Origin: Bacteroidota bacterium
GTDB taxonomy: Bacteria > Bacteroidota > Bacteroidia > Bacteroidales > JAHJDW01
NCBI GenBank assembly: GCA_037139195.1
Contig: JBAXGW010000008.1
Location: 29,516 to 93,515 of the forward strand
DNA: 64,000 bases
Reading direction: 5' to 3'
Shown here: one piece after another, positions 35,793-46,405 of the stretch
How the letters are laid out: each line of letters begins with the position of its first letter
How positions within the stretch are numbered: the first letter of the stretch is position 1
Position numbers and translations under genes: made by a program
Notes under the pieces: model-generated
Told to the model about the DNA's origin: nothing
The model's database searches: none
Seen by the model: the letters and a program-made list of their open reading frames with translations, nothing else

Positions 35793-38330
35793 TTATTTAA
35801 ATATAGATATTCTTTTAGTAACAACCTTGTCATTATTTAGTATTGTAACATAATAAATTCCAGACTCAACATTATTTAATGAAATTGTTGAAATTTTATT
35901 CGTTGTTTCTGAATATTTATTTTCAGTTATAAGCGATCCCATATTGTTGTATATTCTAACAATAGCATTTCCAGAAAAATTGCTTCCATAAGCAATATTT
36001 ACTTCGCCGTTAGTTGGATTAGGATAAACCATTACATCGTTTAAACCTAATGTTTCTTCGCTTCCTACAGTACCACTACAAACTATTGGGAAAATTGCTG
36101 CTGAAATTTTAGTGCCATTCCAATCTGCCTCAATTGTACTCCAAGTTCCACTATATAACTCCCATGCTGAACCTGTAGTAACGTCGCCATCAGTATTTGA
36201 ACAAAGAGCTAATGTATCGCCATTAGTACCACTTGGGATAGAGGTTGCAATAATCATTCCACCTGTTGGAATTGCTATATCAGGAACAAAATCTACAATT
36301 ATCGATCCACCTGGCTGACCGCCATAAGCTGTAACAATTGATGAAAGGGCAATAGATGTAGATCCAGCTGTAGTTGTTCCATTAGAGTTAAGAACTGAAA
36401 ATGTTATGTTTCCTGTCGACCCAGATGCTTTAGCTAAAGTATAAATTGCTTTGTCTACTTTAGTGAATCCAGCTGTTTCTGTGCTTGAGAAATATTCTCC
36501 GTTTCCAGCAATACCATAACCATTTGTCCCAAGCATATAGCCATAATATGCATTATTAGCGTCTGACGCAGCATAATACGTAAGCGTTCCAACTAAAGGA
36601 TAGTGCAATGTGTCGCATCCTCCAGTGCTAGGAGAAGTAACAGTAATTGTTGCAGTGTGAGTTGCAGAAGCTGTTCCATTTGAAGCAGTTAATGTTACAG
36701 TATATGAACCTGCGTTGTTAAATGTATGAGATTGTTGCGCCAAAGTAGTTACAACAGTATTTGCTGTTCCGTCTGCCCAAGCCCATGTATAAGAGTTTGG
36801 AGTAGGCGTTCCTGATGAAGTGTTTGTAAATTGAACACTTAAAGGAGCATTGCCAGAAGTAACTGATGGTGTAAACATTGCAGTAATGCCAGACGTAGAG
36901 GGCACACAGCCTAAAGCGGCAGAAGCATTAATAATTCCATTACCTGTTGAAATAGTATTTGACCCTGTAGCTAAAGCTTGATCAGTAGATTGTAAGCAAC
37001 TTAATATTTGTGTTGGAGTAATAGTAGAATTTTTTGATAACATTAAAGCGCATAAACTTGCAGTTATTGGGCATGCCATTGAGGTTCCTTGCATAACATC
37101 ATATTTGCCAGATAAAGGGCCGCTTCCACTAAAAACATAATCAACAACTGAATTTTCAACGTAAGTTGTACTCAATTGAGAGATTCCATAAGTAGCATAA
37201 CTTGCAGTTTGTGAACCACCTGGAGCAGCTATGTCAACCCAAGTACCGTATTGAGAAAAGCTAGAAAGTTTTTTATCACCATCACATGAAGCAACAGAAA
37301 TAACATTATTATAAGCAGCAGGATAAGATAGGGTTGTAACACCATCATTTCCAGCAGCTGCAACAACTGTTACGCCATTGTTAAAGAGAGAAGTGAAAAA
37401 TGTTTGTTCTGTTGCACTAGATGTTGATCCTCCAAGTGATAAGCTTATTACTTTACAACCTTGATTTACGCACCAATTTATTCCGTTGGTAATATAATTG
37501 CTATACATTCCGCTTCCGCCATCAGCTCTTGCAGCATATAGTTGAACCCCAGATGCCTGAGTGCCGTTTCCGCCAGCTAAAGAAGCAACACCCACTCCAT
37601 TGTTATTAATAGCCGCAATATTTCCAGCACAATGTGTACCATGCGACCATTCATAAGAAGGGCATGTATTAGGATCTGCACATTGCGTTTGTGTAATTGT
37701 TGTAGGTGGCGCTGAGCTACCAGCAGTTTGAGTTGCACCATTATATTGTTTTGATGAAGGTATTTGTAAATCAGGATGTTCTCCCCAAATAGCATTATCA
37801 ACAAGACCAACTTTAACCGTATTAGATCCTTTTTGAATATCCCAAGCAGCTTCTGCATTTATTAAATCTAAATGCCAAGCCCAATTAATTGTTCCAATTC
37901 CAGTAGTAGAATTTAAAGTATAATATGGGTCGTTTGGAGCCCATAAAGGATATCTCCTCGGGCATTTTTCTGCAAATTCAATAATGGCAACATTTTCAAG
38001 CTCTTTTACTAATTCATCAATCTTTCCAATATTATCAAAATAAACAATAAAGATTTTCAAAAGTTTTGAATCATTAAATGCATCATAAGGGCGTTGAATT
38101 TGTTTAATCGCATATTTATTTGCAAGACGATTTAAAAAGCTTAATTGATTAATATCTACAGTTTTGTCTTCATTAACTTTAATTCTTATGTGGACGTCGT
38201 CTTTGATTTTAAAGTGAATTGCACCATCAAGGTAGTCTTTATTCACCGTTTGGGAGGTTGAAGCTAAGGGTATTATGGCAATAAAAATTGCTACCCATAA
38301 ATTTCTAAAACTAAATGTAAATTTTCTCAT
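35793..38330 (-). CDS. Secreted subtilisin-family (S8) serine peptidase with a PKD domain, an extra ~250-aa domain and a type A T9SS sorting domain
   Basis: Catalytic motifs are VGLVDNAIW (Asp), HGTHCAGNIAA (His) and GTSMACP (Ser). PKD-like region: APLSVQFTNTS...GSYTVTLTASN. C-terminus: VMVYPNPTNGEVNIAYG...GIYYVTI. Confidence 0.92.
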   Translation of the reverse strand: MRKFTFSFRNLWVAIFIAIIPLASTSQTVNKDYLDGAIHFKIKDDVHIRIKVNEDKTVDINQLSFLNRLANKYAIKQIQRPYDAFNDSKLLKIFIVYFDNIGKIDELVKELENVAIIEFAEKCPRRYPLWAPNDPYYTLNSTTGIGTINWAWHLDLINAEAAWDIQKGSNTVKVGLVDNAIWGEHPDLQIPSSKQYNGATQTAGSSAPPTTITQTQCADPNTCPSYEWSHGTHCAGNIAAINNNGVGVASLAGGNGTQASGVQLYAARADGGSGMYSNYITNGINWCVNQGCKVISLSLGGSTSSATEQTFFTSLFNNGVTVVAAAGNDGVTTLSYPAAYNNVISVASCDGDKKLSSFSQYGTWVDIAAPGGSQTASYATYGISQLSTTYVENSVVDYVFSGSGPLSGKYDVMQGTSMACPITASLCALMLSKNSTITPTQILSCLQSTDQALATGSNTISTGNGIINASAALGCVPSTSGITAMFTPSVTSGNAPLSVQFTNTSSGTPTPNSYTWAWADGTANTVVTTLAQQSHTFNNAGSYTVTLTASNGTASATHTATITVTSPSTGGCDTLHYPLVGTLTYYAASDANNAYYGYMLGTNGYGIAGNGEYFSSTETAGFTKVDKAIYTLAKASGSTGNITFSVLNSNGTTTAGSTSIALSSIVTAYGGQPGGSIIVDFVPDIAIPTGGMIIATSIPSGTNGDTLALCSNTDGDVTTGSAWELYSGTWSTIEADWNGTKISAAIFPIVCSGTVGSEETLGLNDVMVYPNPTNGEVNIAYGSNFSGNAIVRIYNNMGSLITENKYSETTNKISTISLNNVESGIYYVTILNNDKVVTKRISIFK

Positions 38331-38439
38331 TGTGGTTAGTTTTGGTTGTTGGTATGTTTTTTTTGTTAAATATAAAAGTAAAACTGGTAAAATACAACAA
38401 GGATTTTTTATTTTTGTAAATACTGGATTTATTTTTGTT

Positions 38440-38470
38440 TAAAAAGCTTTATCCTTTCAGAATAAAGCCT
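38440..38470 (-). terminator. Probable terminator between the two S8 peptidase genes
   Basis: The stem GCTTTAT / ATAAAGC has a T-run on the minus strand (plus-strand AAAAA at 38441-38445). Confidence 0.55.
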
Positions 38471-38534
38471 TTTATAATATGGCAATAAAACTACATTTTA
38501 ATAAAAATTGCTATAGTAATTGAGTCTATCTTTG

Positions 38535-40268
38535 CTACTTAACAATGGATAATCTTTTTGTAATTGCATTTTTATCATTTATAATAGACACATAGTATAT
38601 ACCTGAATCAGTGTTGTTCAAAGAAAACGAAGAAACTTTATTTTTAGATTCTGGAATAAAATTTTCAAGAATCAATGAACCAACATTATTATAAACTCTA
38701 ATGATAGTTGTTCCTGTAAAATTATCACCACAAACTAAATTAAACTCACCTGTTGTTGGATTAGGATAAATTGATACGTTGCTTGTTTCTACCAAATCGT
38801 CATCTCCTGTCCCTAAACACTGCAGTGCTGCCTGAGCATTTATAATGCCGTTTCCAGTCGATATTGCATTTGAACCAGTTGCTAATGCTTGGTCTGACGA
38901 TTGTAGGCAAGATAATATTTGTGTTGGAGTTAAGTTAGGCTTTTTTGAAAGCATCAAGGCACATAAACTAGCAGTTATGGGACAAGCCATAGAGGTTCCT
39001 TGCATAACATCATATTTTCCAGATAAAGGGCCGCTGCCACTAAAAACATAATCTATTATTGTATTTTCAACGTATGTTGTACTTAACTGAGAAATTCCAT
39101 AATTTTGCATATTTGTAGAATTATATCCACCTGGAGCAGCGATATCTACCCATGTGCCATATTCTGAAAAGCCCGATAATTTCTTGTCGCCATTAGCTGA
39201 AGCAACAGAAATAACATTTGCATATCCTGCGGGGTAGCAAATGGCATTTGCATTTGCGGCATCTTCAGCTCCATCTCCATTATTACCTGCTGCGGCAAGA
39301 ACTGTTACGCCAGCATTGTAAGCTGCATTAATTACTAATATATCTGATTGGCTTTGTGAATAGCCTCCTAAAGATAAACTTATGACTTTACAGCCTTTAT
39401 TTACGCACCAATTTATGCCATTGTTAATGTAGTTATTGTACATTCCACTTCCTCCGTCTGCTTTCGCAGCATAAAGTTGAACCCCCGAAACTTGAGATCC
39501 ATTTCCTCCAGCTAAGGAGGCAACACCTACTCCATTATTATTGATTGCAGCAATATTTCCTGCACAATGTGTTCCATGACTCCATGTATAAGCATCGCAA
39601 CCATTATTTGGGTCGGCGCACTGTGCTTGAGAAACTGATGATGGAGGAGCAGAGTTTCCTGTAACTTGAGTAGCGCCATTGTATTGGTTTGCTGATGGTA
39701 TTTGCAAATCGGGATGTTCGCCCCAAATAGCATTATCAACAACTCCAACTTTTACAGTGTTAGAACCTTTTTGAATATCCCATGCCGCTTCAGCTTTTAC
39801 AAGGTCTAAATGCCAACTCCAATTTATTGTTCCAGCACCTGTAGTGGAATTTAGGACATAATAAGGATCGTTAGGCACCCAATATGGGTATCTTCGTGGA
39901 CACTTTTCGGCAAATTCAATATCACTATTATTTTCTAGCTCTTTTACAAATTCATCGATTTTATTAATATTGTCAAAATATACAATAAACATTCTTTGAA
40001 GCTTTGAATCGTTATTTATATCATAAGGTCGTTGTATTTGCTTAATAGCATATTTTGAAACTACACGAACCATGAAATCCATTTGATTTATATCAACTGT
40101 TTTATCTTCATTTACAGTTATATTTGAAGAAACATAATCTTTAATTTTAAAATGTATTGCTCCGTCTAAAAAGTCTTTATTAACTGTTTGAGCAAATAAT
40201 AACACAGGAAAACAGCTTATAACCAAAGCAATAAAAAAAGGGTTAAGTTTAAATGTAGATTTTTTCAT
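38535..40268 (-). CDS. Secreted subtilisin-family (S8) serine peptidase with a type A T9SS sorting domain; the shorter tandem paralog
   Basis: It has the same prodomain and catalytic motifs as 35793-38330 (HGTHCAGNIAA, GTSMACP). DNA is near-identical in places (for example 38991-39050 versus 37081-37140). C-terminus: VSIYPNPTTGEFNLVCG. Confidence 0.92.
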   Translation of the reverse strand: MKKSTFKLNPFFIALVISCFPVLLFAQTVNKDFLDGAIHFKIKDYVSSNITVNEDKTVDINQMDFMVRVVSKYAIKQIQRPYDINNDSKLQRMFIVYFDNINKIDEFVKELENNSDIEFAEKCPRRYPYWVPNDPYYVLNSTTGAGTINWSWHLDLVKAEAAWDIQKGSNTVKVGVVDNAIWGEHPDLQIPSANQYNGATQVTGNSAPPSSVSQAQCADPNNGCDAYTWSHGTHCAGNIAAINNNGVGVASLAGGNGSQVSGVQLYAAKADGGSGMYNNYINNGINWCVNKGCKVISLSLGGYSQSQSDILVINAAYNAGVTVLAAAGNNGDGAEDAANANAICYPAGYANVISVASANGDKKLSGFSEYGTWVDIAAPGGYNSTNMQNYGISQLSTTYVENTIIDYVFSGSGPLSGKYDVMQGTSMACPITASLCALMLSKKPNLTPTQILSCLQSSDQALATGSNAISTGNGIINAQAALQCLGTGDDDLVETSNVSIYPNPTTGEFNLVCGDNFTGTTIIRVYNNVGSLILENFIPESKNKVSSFSLNNTDSGIYYVSIINDKNAITKRLSIVK

Positions 40269-40321
40269 TAAATTAAGGTTTTGTTAGTAGTGGTGGATTA
40301 TGTGGTTCGATTTAATTATCT

Positions 40322-40329
40322 CAAATATA
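40322..40329 (-). promoter_or_regulatory. -7 promoter box (TATATTTG) for S8 peptidase 38535-40268
   Basis: TAnnTTTG match, 54 nt upstream of the ATG. Confidence 0.4.
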
Positions 40330-40515
40330 TGAATTGTGTTAATTTTTAGTTCGTTTTTTTATATAAAAGTACTGTTTTTTACAGCTATTTGTTAATGATT
40401 AACTTTTGTTAACATTACTCCGCAATTACTTTAACAGTAATGGAAAGTAAATATCTGAAAGTTCACAAATTTTATGTCATATAATTTAAAAATAGTTGTA
40501 TAAAATTTTAAGCAA

Positions 40516-40550
40516 TAAAAAAAGGCTTTACCGTATTCCGATAAAGCCTT
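40516..40550 (-). terminator. Rho-independent terminator after the MFS gene
   Basis: The stem AAGGCTTTA / TAAAGCCTT is followed by a T-run of at least 7 nt on the minus strand. It lies 18 bp after the stop. Confidence 0.8.
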
Positions 40551-40567
40551 GCTTATATATATAGATA

Positions 40568-41926
40568 TTATTGTTCCATATTAGGAAGTTGTAAGCCATA
40601 GCCTTTTTTCTTGTCTTCAAGTTTAAGCAAGTATGCAACTAATAAAGCTAAGATACTTAAGCCCATAAAAATTAACATCGGGATGGTGTAATTATAAGTA
40701 GTATTTCCTTCAATAGTTTTTCCTGTTACACAATAAGCATCAAGTACCCAGCCAATAAGCGCAGGAACTCCCATTAAGCCCCAATTCTGAACCCAGAAAA
40801 TTAAAGCATAAGCAGTACCAAGTTGTTTTTCAGGAATGATTTTTGGAACAGAAGGCCACATTGCAGATGGTACTAATGAGAACCCGATACCTAAAATTAG
40901 AATTAATGCAATTGCCATAATCCAGTTATTAATAAATGGAATAGCAAACATTGCATGAACAAATATTAAAAGAGTAGCACCAATAATCATAATTGTAGCA
41001 CCTTTTCCTTTTCTATCATATAAATTTCCAAAGAAAGGAGTTAAAAACATTGTTCCAAAGGGCAACATTCCAGGAATAGTCCCAGCTAATTCGGGGTCAA
41101 CATTAAATTTTTGAACCATTAAATCAGATGCATATTTTAAAAATGGAAATACTGCAGAATAGAATAAAACGCAAAGTATTGCTAACAACCACCAGCCTTT
41201 ATTCGTAACAATTACCAAAATGTCAGATAATTTAAATGCTTCTTCTTCTTCTTTCATTCCAGCTTCAGATGCATCTAATTTTTTATCCATAAATGTATAT
41301 ATGAAAAAAGCAATTAATCCAATACAAAGCATTATTAAACAAAGTAGAATTGGAGTAGAAACGCCTCCAAATGCCTTAGCAATTGGATAAGATGTTGATA
41401 AAGCAAGAGTAGTTCCAATACGAGCAGTTGCCATTTCTAGTCCCATTGCAAGTGCAAGTTCTTTCCCCTTGAACCATTTTACGATAATTTTTGAAACTGT
41501 AATACCCGCAATTTCAACTCCAACACCAAATGTAGCATATCCTAATGCAGCAATTACAACTTGAGCTTTCATCCCAATAATAGTAGCTCCATCTAAAGAA
41601 TGAGTTGTTATTGCCCAGTATTTTACGCCTGTACCAATAACCATTATTATTGCAGCCATCATTCCAGTAAAACGAACACCCATTTTGTCAAGAATAATAC
41701 CTCCAAGGATTAGCATCATCAAAAATACGTTGAACCAGCCATAAGCACTTGTGAAAAATCCGTATTCGGTACTATTCCATAGTTTTTCAGTTTCTAAAAG
41801 ACCTTTCAAAGGTGCCATTACATCTGCCAAATAATATCCGCAAAGCATTGTAAATGCAACAACTGCTAGTGCGGTCCATCTTGCAGCTTTTGATTCTCTG
41901 AGTGATTTTTGTATTGTTTCTGTCAT
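40568..41926 (-). CDS. MFS transporter
   Basis: 452 aa with about 12 TM segments in a 6+6 arrangement around a charged central loop (MDKKLDASEAGMKEEEEAF). Confidence 0.85.
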   Translation of the reverse strand: MTETIQKSLRESKAARWTALAVVAFTMLCGYYLADVMAPLKGLLETEKLWNSTEYGFFTSAYGWFNVFLMMLILGGIILDKMGVRFTGMMAAIIMVIGTGVKYWAITTHSLDGATIIGMKAQVVIAALGYATFGVGVEIAGITVSKIIVKWFKGKELALAMGLEMATARIGTTLALSTSYPIAKAFGGVSTPILLCLIMLCIGLIAFFIYTFMDKKLDASEAGMKEEEEAFKLSDILVIVTNKGWWLLAILCVLFYSAVFPFLKYASDLMVQKFNVDPELAGTIPGMLPFGTMFLTPFFGNLYDRKGKGATIMIIGATLLIFVHAMFAIPFINNWIMAIALILILGIGFSLVPSAMWPSVPKIIPEKQLGTAYALIFWVQNWGLMGVPALIGWVLDAYCVTGKTIEGNTTYNYTIPMLIFMGLSILALLVAYLLKLEDKKKGYGLQLPNMEQ

Positions 41927-41953
41927 AATTATTTTATTAAAATTTTAAGTTCG

Positions 41954-41961
41954 CAAATATA
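41954..41961 (-). promoter_or_regulatory. -7 promoter box (TATATTTG) for the MFS gene
   Basis: TAnnTTTG match, 28 nt upstream of the ATG at 41926. Confidence 0.45.
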
Positions 41962-42010
41962 ATTCAAGTTTTTATATTGTTTTATCTTTTTATACTTTTT
42001 TTTAGATTTA

Positions 42011-42979
42011 TTATGATAATGCTTGATTAACCTTAGAAGATTCTTCCATAATACGTTGATATTCTTCGGGTGTAATATCCATATAAAAGTAATTTACTGG
42101 ATTAATAGTTGATCCATTTTTCAATACCTCATAATGTAAATGAGGAGCAGTTGATAATCCGGTACTTCCAATATATCCTATTAAATCGCCTCGTTTAACT
42201 CTTTGTCCTTGTCTAACTGCAGCTTTTGATAAATGGGCATATTTTGTTCTGTAACCGTATCCATGATTGATATTTACTGCAATTCCATAACCGCTATCTT
42301 GTCCAGATCCAACAACTACACCGTCGCCAGAGGCATATACTGGTGTTCCCTTAGCAGCAGCTATGTCAATTCCTGTATGCATACGCATTGCTTTGAAAAT
42401 TGGATGAATTCTATAGCCATATCCCGATACAATACTTGCTCGTTTTAATGATACCGGAAGTATAGCAGGAATTGATGCAAGCATTTTTGTTTTGTTTTTT
42501 ACTAAATCAAAAATTTCATCAAACGATTTTGATTGAACATATAATTGCCTAGATAGCTTATCAATCTTCTTGGTTGTTTCTTCTAGCAAATCCGAGTTTG
42601 AATATCCTTGTAGCTTTTCATATTTATCGGCTCCACCGTAACCTGCATTTCTAACGCTTTTGGGTACAGGCTCAGCTTCAAAAATCATTCTATAAATATT
42701 GTCATCTCTACTCTCTAAATCTTTTGATACCAAACTAAGCTTATTAATTCTATCATTCATTACTTTAAACTGATACTTGTACAGCTCTATCTCTTTTTTT
42801 AATACTTTTTCTTTAGGAGAATCAACAACAGAGTACAAAACAACTAAAATAGCAGTTGAAAAAACCAAACTAGATGTAATAAAGGATAAAAACTTGAAGA
42901 ATTTTTGCTTAAAAGACACACGAACCTTCTTGAACGTTAAAGTATTGTAATCAAAGTGGTATTTGTGTTTTTTTGCCAT
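42011..42979 (-). CDS. M23-family metallopeptidase with an N-terminal membrane anchor and a coiled-coil region
   Basis: Contains HTGIDIAA and GSTGLSTAPHLHYEV, the M23 zinc ligands. Confidence 0.9.
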   Translation of the reverse strand: MAKKHKYHFDYNTLTFKKVRVSFKQKFFKFLSFITSSLVFSTAILVVLYSVVDSPKEKVLKKEIELYKYQFKVMNDRINKLSLVSKDLESRDDNIYRMIFEAEPVPKSVRNAGYGGADKYEKLQGYSNSDLLEETTKKIDKLSRQLYVQSKSFDEIFDLVKNKTKMLASIPAILPVSLKRASIVSGYGYRIHPIFKAMRMHTGIDIAAAKGTPVYASGDGVVVGSGQDSGYGIAVNINHGYGYRTKYAHLSKAAVRQGQRVKRGDLIGYIGSTGLSTAPHLHYEVLKNGSTINPVNYFYMDITPEEYQRIMEESSKVNQALS

Positions 42980-43064
42980 TAGCTAAATATCAATAATATA
43001 ATAGGTTAACTACTTTTTTGTTAAAATTTAATTTCGCAAGATTACAAAAATAATAAAATAAACT

Positions 43065-43072
43065 AACTTTGC
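43065..43072 (+). promoter_or_regulatory. -7 promoter box (TAACTTTG) for alaS
   Basis: TAnnTTTG match, 59 nt upstream of the ATG. A divergent match (CAAAAATA at 43045-43052) lies upstream of the M23 gene. Confidence 0.45.
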
Positions 43073-43130
43073 AATGGATTTTAACTATTCGTTAAGATAC
43101 TTTAATACGAAATAAACATTCAAAAGTTAT

Positions 43131-45737
43131 ATGGAATCGAAAATAATTAGAGAAAAATTTCTGGAATTTTTTAAAAGTAAAGAACATGAAATTGTATCAT
43201 CAGCACCAATGGTGTTGAAAAATGACCCTACATTAATGTTTACAAATGCAGGAATGAATCAATTTAAGGATTTATTTTTAGGCAACTCAACAATAAAATT
43301 TCCTCGCATAGCAGATACTCAGAAATGCTTGAGAGTTTCGGGAAAACACAATGATTTAGAAGAAGTTGGACACGATACGTATCATCATACCATGTTTGAA
43401 ATGCTTGGTAATTGGTCGTTTGGAAATTATTTCAAAAAGGAAGCTATCGATTGGGCTTGGGAATTACTAACCGAAGTTTATAAAATTGACGAAAATATTA
43501 TTTATGCTACCTATTTTGGTGGCGACCCAGCTGAATGTTTAGCTCCAGACATAGAAGCATTTGATTTATGGAAACAATATCTTCCAGAAGAAAGAATTCT
43601 TCCAGGTTCTAAAAAGGATAATTTTTGGGAAATGGGCGATCAGGGACCTTGCGGTCCTTGTTCCGAGATTCATGTTGATTTGCGTGATGAAGCAGATAAA
43701 AAATTAATTTCTGGTCGCGAATTAGTTAATGAAAGCCATCATTTGGTTATTGAAATTTGGAATTTGGTTTTCATTCAATTTAACCGAAAAGCAGATAGTA
43801 GTTTGGAGCAATTGCCCAATAAACATGTTGATACAGGAATGGGCTTTGAAAGATTATGTATGGTTCTGCAACATAAGAAATCAAATTATGATACCGATGT
43901 TTTCCAGCCATTATTGATGAAAATTGCTAGTCTTTCTAATCTATCTTATGGCAAAGACGAAAAGAAAGATATAGCAATGCGTGTAATTGCTGACCATGTT
44001 AGAGCCGTATCTTTTGCTATTGCAGATGGGCAACTTCCTTCAAATACTGGAGCAGGTTATGTTATTCGTAGAATTTTAAGAAGAGCCATTCGCTATGGAT
44101 TTAGCTTCTTAGATATGAAATCGGCATTTATTTGCAATTTGGTTCAAGTTCTTTCAGAACAAATGGGTAGTCAGTTTCCTGAAATTCGCTCACAAAAACA
44201 ACTTGTAGAAAGAGTTATTAGAGAAGAAGAAGAATCGTTTTTAAACACCCTAGATAAGGGAATTGCTAAATTTGAAAACTATATAAAAGTAAATACAAAC
44301 AAGCTAATTGATGGACAATTTGCTTTTGAACTATATGATACTTATGGATTTCCAATAGATTTAACAGAACTTTTAGCTAAAGAAAAAGGATTTGAAGTTG
44401 ATATGACCGAGTTTTTAAAATCGTTAGAAGCTCAAAAAGAACGCTCTCGTAAAGCTACAAAAGTTGAAACCGACGATTGGCAAGAATTATTTACTGCACA
44501 AACCGAATTTGTTGGTTATGATAATTTAATGTGCGAAGCAAAAATTGTAAAATATCGTAAAGTTAAGTCTCAGAATAAAGAATTGTTTCAACTTGTTTTA
44601 GACATAACGCCCTTTTATGCAGAATCAGGCGGACAAGCTGGCGACAAAGGTTGGCTGATAAATGGCGATGATAAAGTAGCTATTCTCAACACCATTAAAG
44701 AAAATAATCTCACAATTCATATAACTGAAGCATTGCCAATTGCATTCGATTCGGTTTTAACTGCAAAAGTGGATGAAAACAAGCGTAGATTAACGGAAAA
44801 TAATCACTCTGCAACGCATTTAATTCATGCTGCACTTAAAAAAGTTCTTGGAACGCATGTTGAGCAAAAAGGCTCGCTGGTAAATGACGAACGTTTGCGT
44901 TTCGATTTTTCTCATTTTTCAAAACTTAGCGATTCGGAAATTGCTGAAATAGAAATGATTGTAAACACTAAGATCAGAGAGAATATTAAATTAGAAGAAA
45001 ATAGAAATATGCCAATTGCTGAAGCTCAAAAATTGGGAGCTATGGCTTTATTTGGCGAAAAATATGGCGATTCGGTTAGAGTAATAACATTTGACAAGAA
45101 TTATTCGATTGAACTTTGTGGAGGCACGCATGCTTCGGCAACAGGTAATATTGGAATGGTTAAAATAATAAGCGAAAGTGCTATTGCAGCAGGTATTAGA
45201 AGAATTGAAGCAATTACTTCAGATACTGCTGAAGCATTTATCAATTGCGAAATAGAAGCCTTAAATAATATTCGCCAATTGTTTAAAAACAATCAGAATG
45301 TATTTAAAAATGTGTCGGACTTAATTGATGAAAATGCAAAACTCAATAAATTAGTTGAGGAATTCAATAAAGAAAAAGCTAAAATAATAAAATCAGAATT
45401 AGCAAATAAATTTGAAATGATAAATGGTTTTAGATTTATTGCTACAAAACTTGATGCTGATGCTTCTACTATTAAAGATATTGCTTTTCAGCTGAAATCT
45501 CAATTCAACGATTTGTTTTTAATTATTGGCTCTGAAAGCAATGGAAAAGCTAATATTGCAGTAGCACTTTCGGATGATATTGTTAAGAAAGGACTAAATG
45601 CATCTGCTATAATTCGAGAGTTATCTAAAGAAATTAATGGCGGCGGCGGCGGCCAACCTTTCTTTGCAACAGCAGGTGGAACTAATATTGCTGGAATTGA
45701 TAATACTATTGAAAAAGCCAAAGCATTTTTGAAATAA
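43131..45737 (+). CDS. alaS: Alanine--tRNA ligase
   Basis: 868 aa. Contains FTNAGMNQFK, CLRVSGKHNDLEEVG, the editing-domain HxxxH motif (HSATHLIHAAL) and a C-terminal GGGGG motif. Confidence 0.97.
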   Translation: MESKIIREKFLEFFKSKEHEIVSSAPMVLKNDPTLMFTNAGMNQFKDLFLGNSTIKFPRIADTQKCLRVSGKHNDLEEVGHDTYHHTMFEMLGNWSFGNYFKKEAIDWAWELLTEVYKIDENIIYATYFGGDPAECLAPDIEAFDLWKQYLPEERILPGSKKDNFWEMGDQGPCGPCSEIHVDLRDEADKKLISGRELVNESHHLVIEIWNLVFIQFNRKADSSLEQLPNKHVDTGMGFERLCMVLQHKKSNYDTDVFQPLLMKIASLSNLSYGKDEKKDIAMRVIADHVRAVSFAIADGQLPSNTGAGYVIRRILRRAIRYGFSFLDMKSAFICNLVQVLSEQMGSQFPEIRSQKQLVERVIREEEESFLNTLDKGIAKFENYIKVNTNKLIDGQFAFELYDTYGFPIDLTELLAKEKGFEVDMTEFLKSLEAQKERSRKATKVETDDWQELFTAQTEFVGYDNLMCEAKIVKYRKVKSQNKELFQLVLDITPFYAESGGQAGDKGWLINGDDKVAILNTIKENNLTIHITEALPIAFDSVLTAKVDENKRRLTENNHSATHLIHAALKKVLGTHVEQKGSLVNDERLRFDFSHFSKLSDSEIAEIEMIVNTKIRENIKLEENRNMPIAEAQKLGAMALFGEKYGDSVRVITFDKNYSIELCGGTHASATGNIGMVKIISESAIAAGIRRIEAITSDTAEAFINCEIEALNNIRQLFKNNQNVFKNVSDLIDENAKLNKLVEEFNKEKAKIIKSELANKFEMINGFRFIATKLDADASTIKDIAFQLKSQFNDLFLIIGSESNGKANIAVALSDDIVKKGLNASAIIRELSKEINGGGGGQPFFATAGGTNIAGIDNTIEKAKAFLK

Positions 45738-45862
45738 AGTAAGTTTTTATGATTGGATTTTTATCATTCCATTCAACTTTGTTGACAGGATAGAGAGTAA
45801 TGCCTACTATTATATTAAGTGAAAATATAAAATTGTTTTTCTATGTGGTTCTTAATCTAGAT

Positions 45863-46393
45863 TTATTTTAATCGCGAAAACATAGTCATATCATAATGCT
45901 TTTCATTCCAGAACATCCAATCTCTTAAAATTCCTTCGCGATAAAAACCTGCTTTCTCTAAAACTTTTTCCGAAGCAATGTTTCCTTGCATAACTTCTGC
46001 TTCTATGCGGTTAATCTCAAGTTTTTCAAAACCAAATTGAATAACTGGTTCTAGAGCTTCAGTTATGTAGCCATTATTCCAATAATCTGGATGTAAATCG
46101 TACCCAATATTTGCACGGTGATTCTTAGTGTAATTATTAAACCCAATAGTCCCTATTATTAAAGAAGAATTTTTTAGTGTAATTCCCCATCTAATAGCTA
46201 GGTTTTGCTCAAATCGGTTATGATACCAATCTATAAATCTCTGAGCGCTTGTTTCTTCCTTAAAAGGAAGCAGATTGTAATATTGGGTAACTCTCTCATT
46301 ACTAAACAAATTATATATGTCAACTTTGTGTTTCGAACTTATTTCAATTAAGTTTAAGCGATTTGTTGCTAGTTCAGGAAAATTATCAATCAT
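45863..46393 (-). CDS. GNAT-family N-acetyltransferase (RimJ/RimL-like)
   Basis: 176 aa. Shows an acetyl-CoA-binding-like pattern (GYITEALEPVIQFGFEKLEINRIEAEV...N..S.KVLEKAGF). Confidence 0.85.
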   Translation of the reverse strand: MIDNFPELATNRLNLIEISSKHKVDIYNLFSNERVTQYYNLLPFKEETSAQRFIDWYHNRFEQNLAIRWGITLKNSSLIIGTIGFNNYTKNHRANIGYDLHPDYWNNGYITEALEPVIQFGFEKLEINRIEAEVMQGNIASEKVLEKAGFYREGILRDWMFWNEKHYDMTMFSRLK

Positions 46394-46405
46394 GTTTTTT
46401 AAAAT

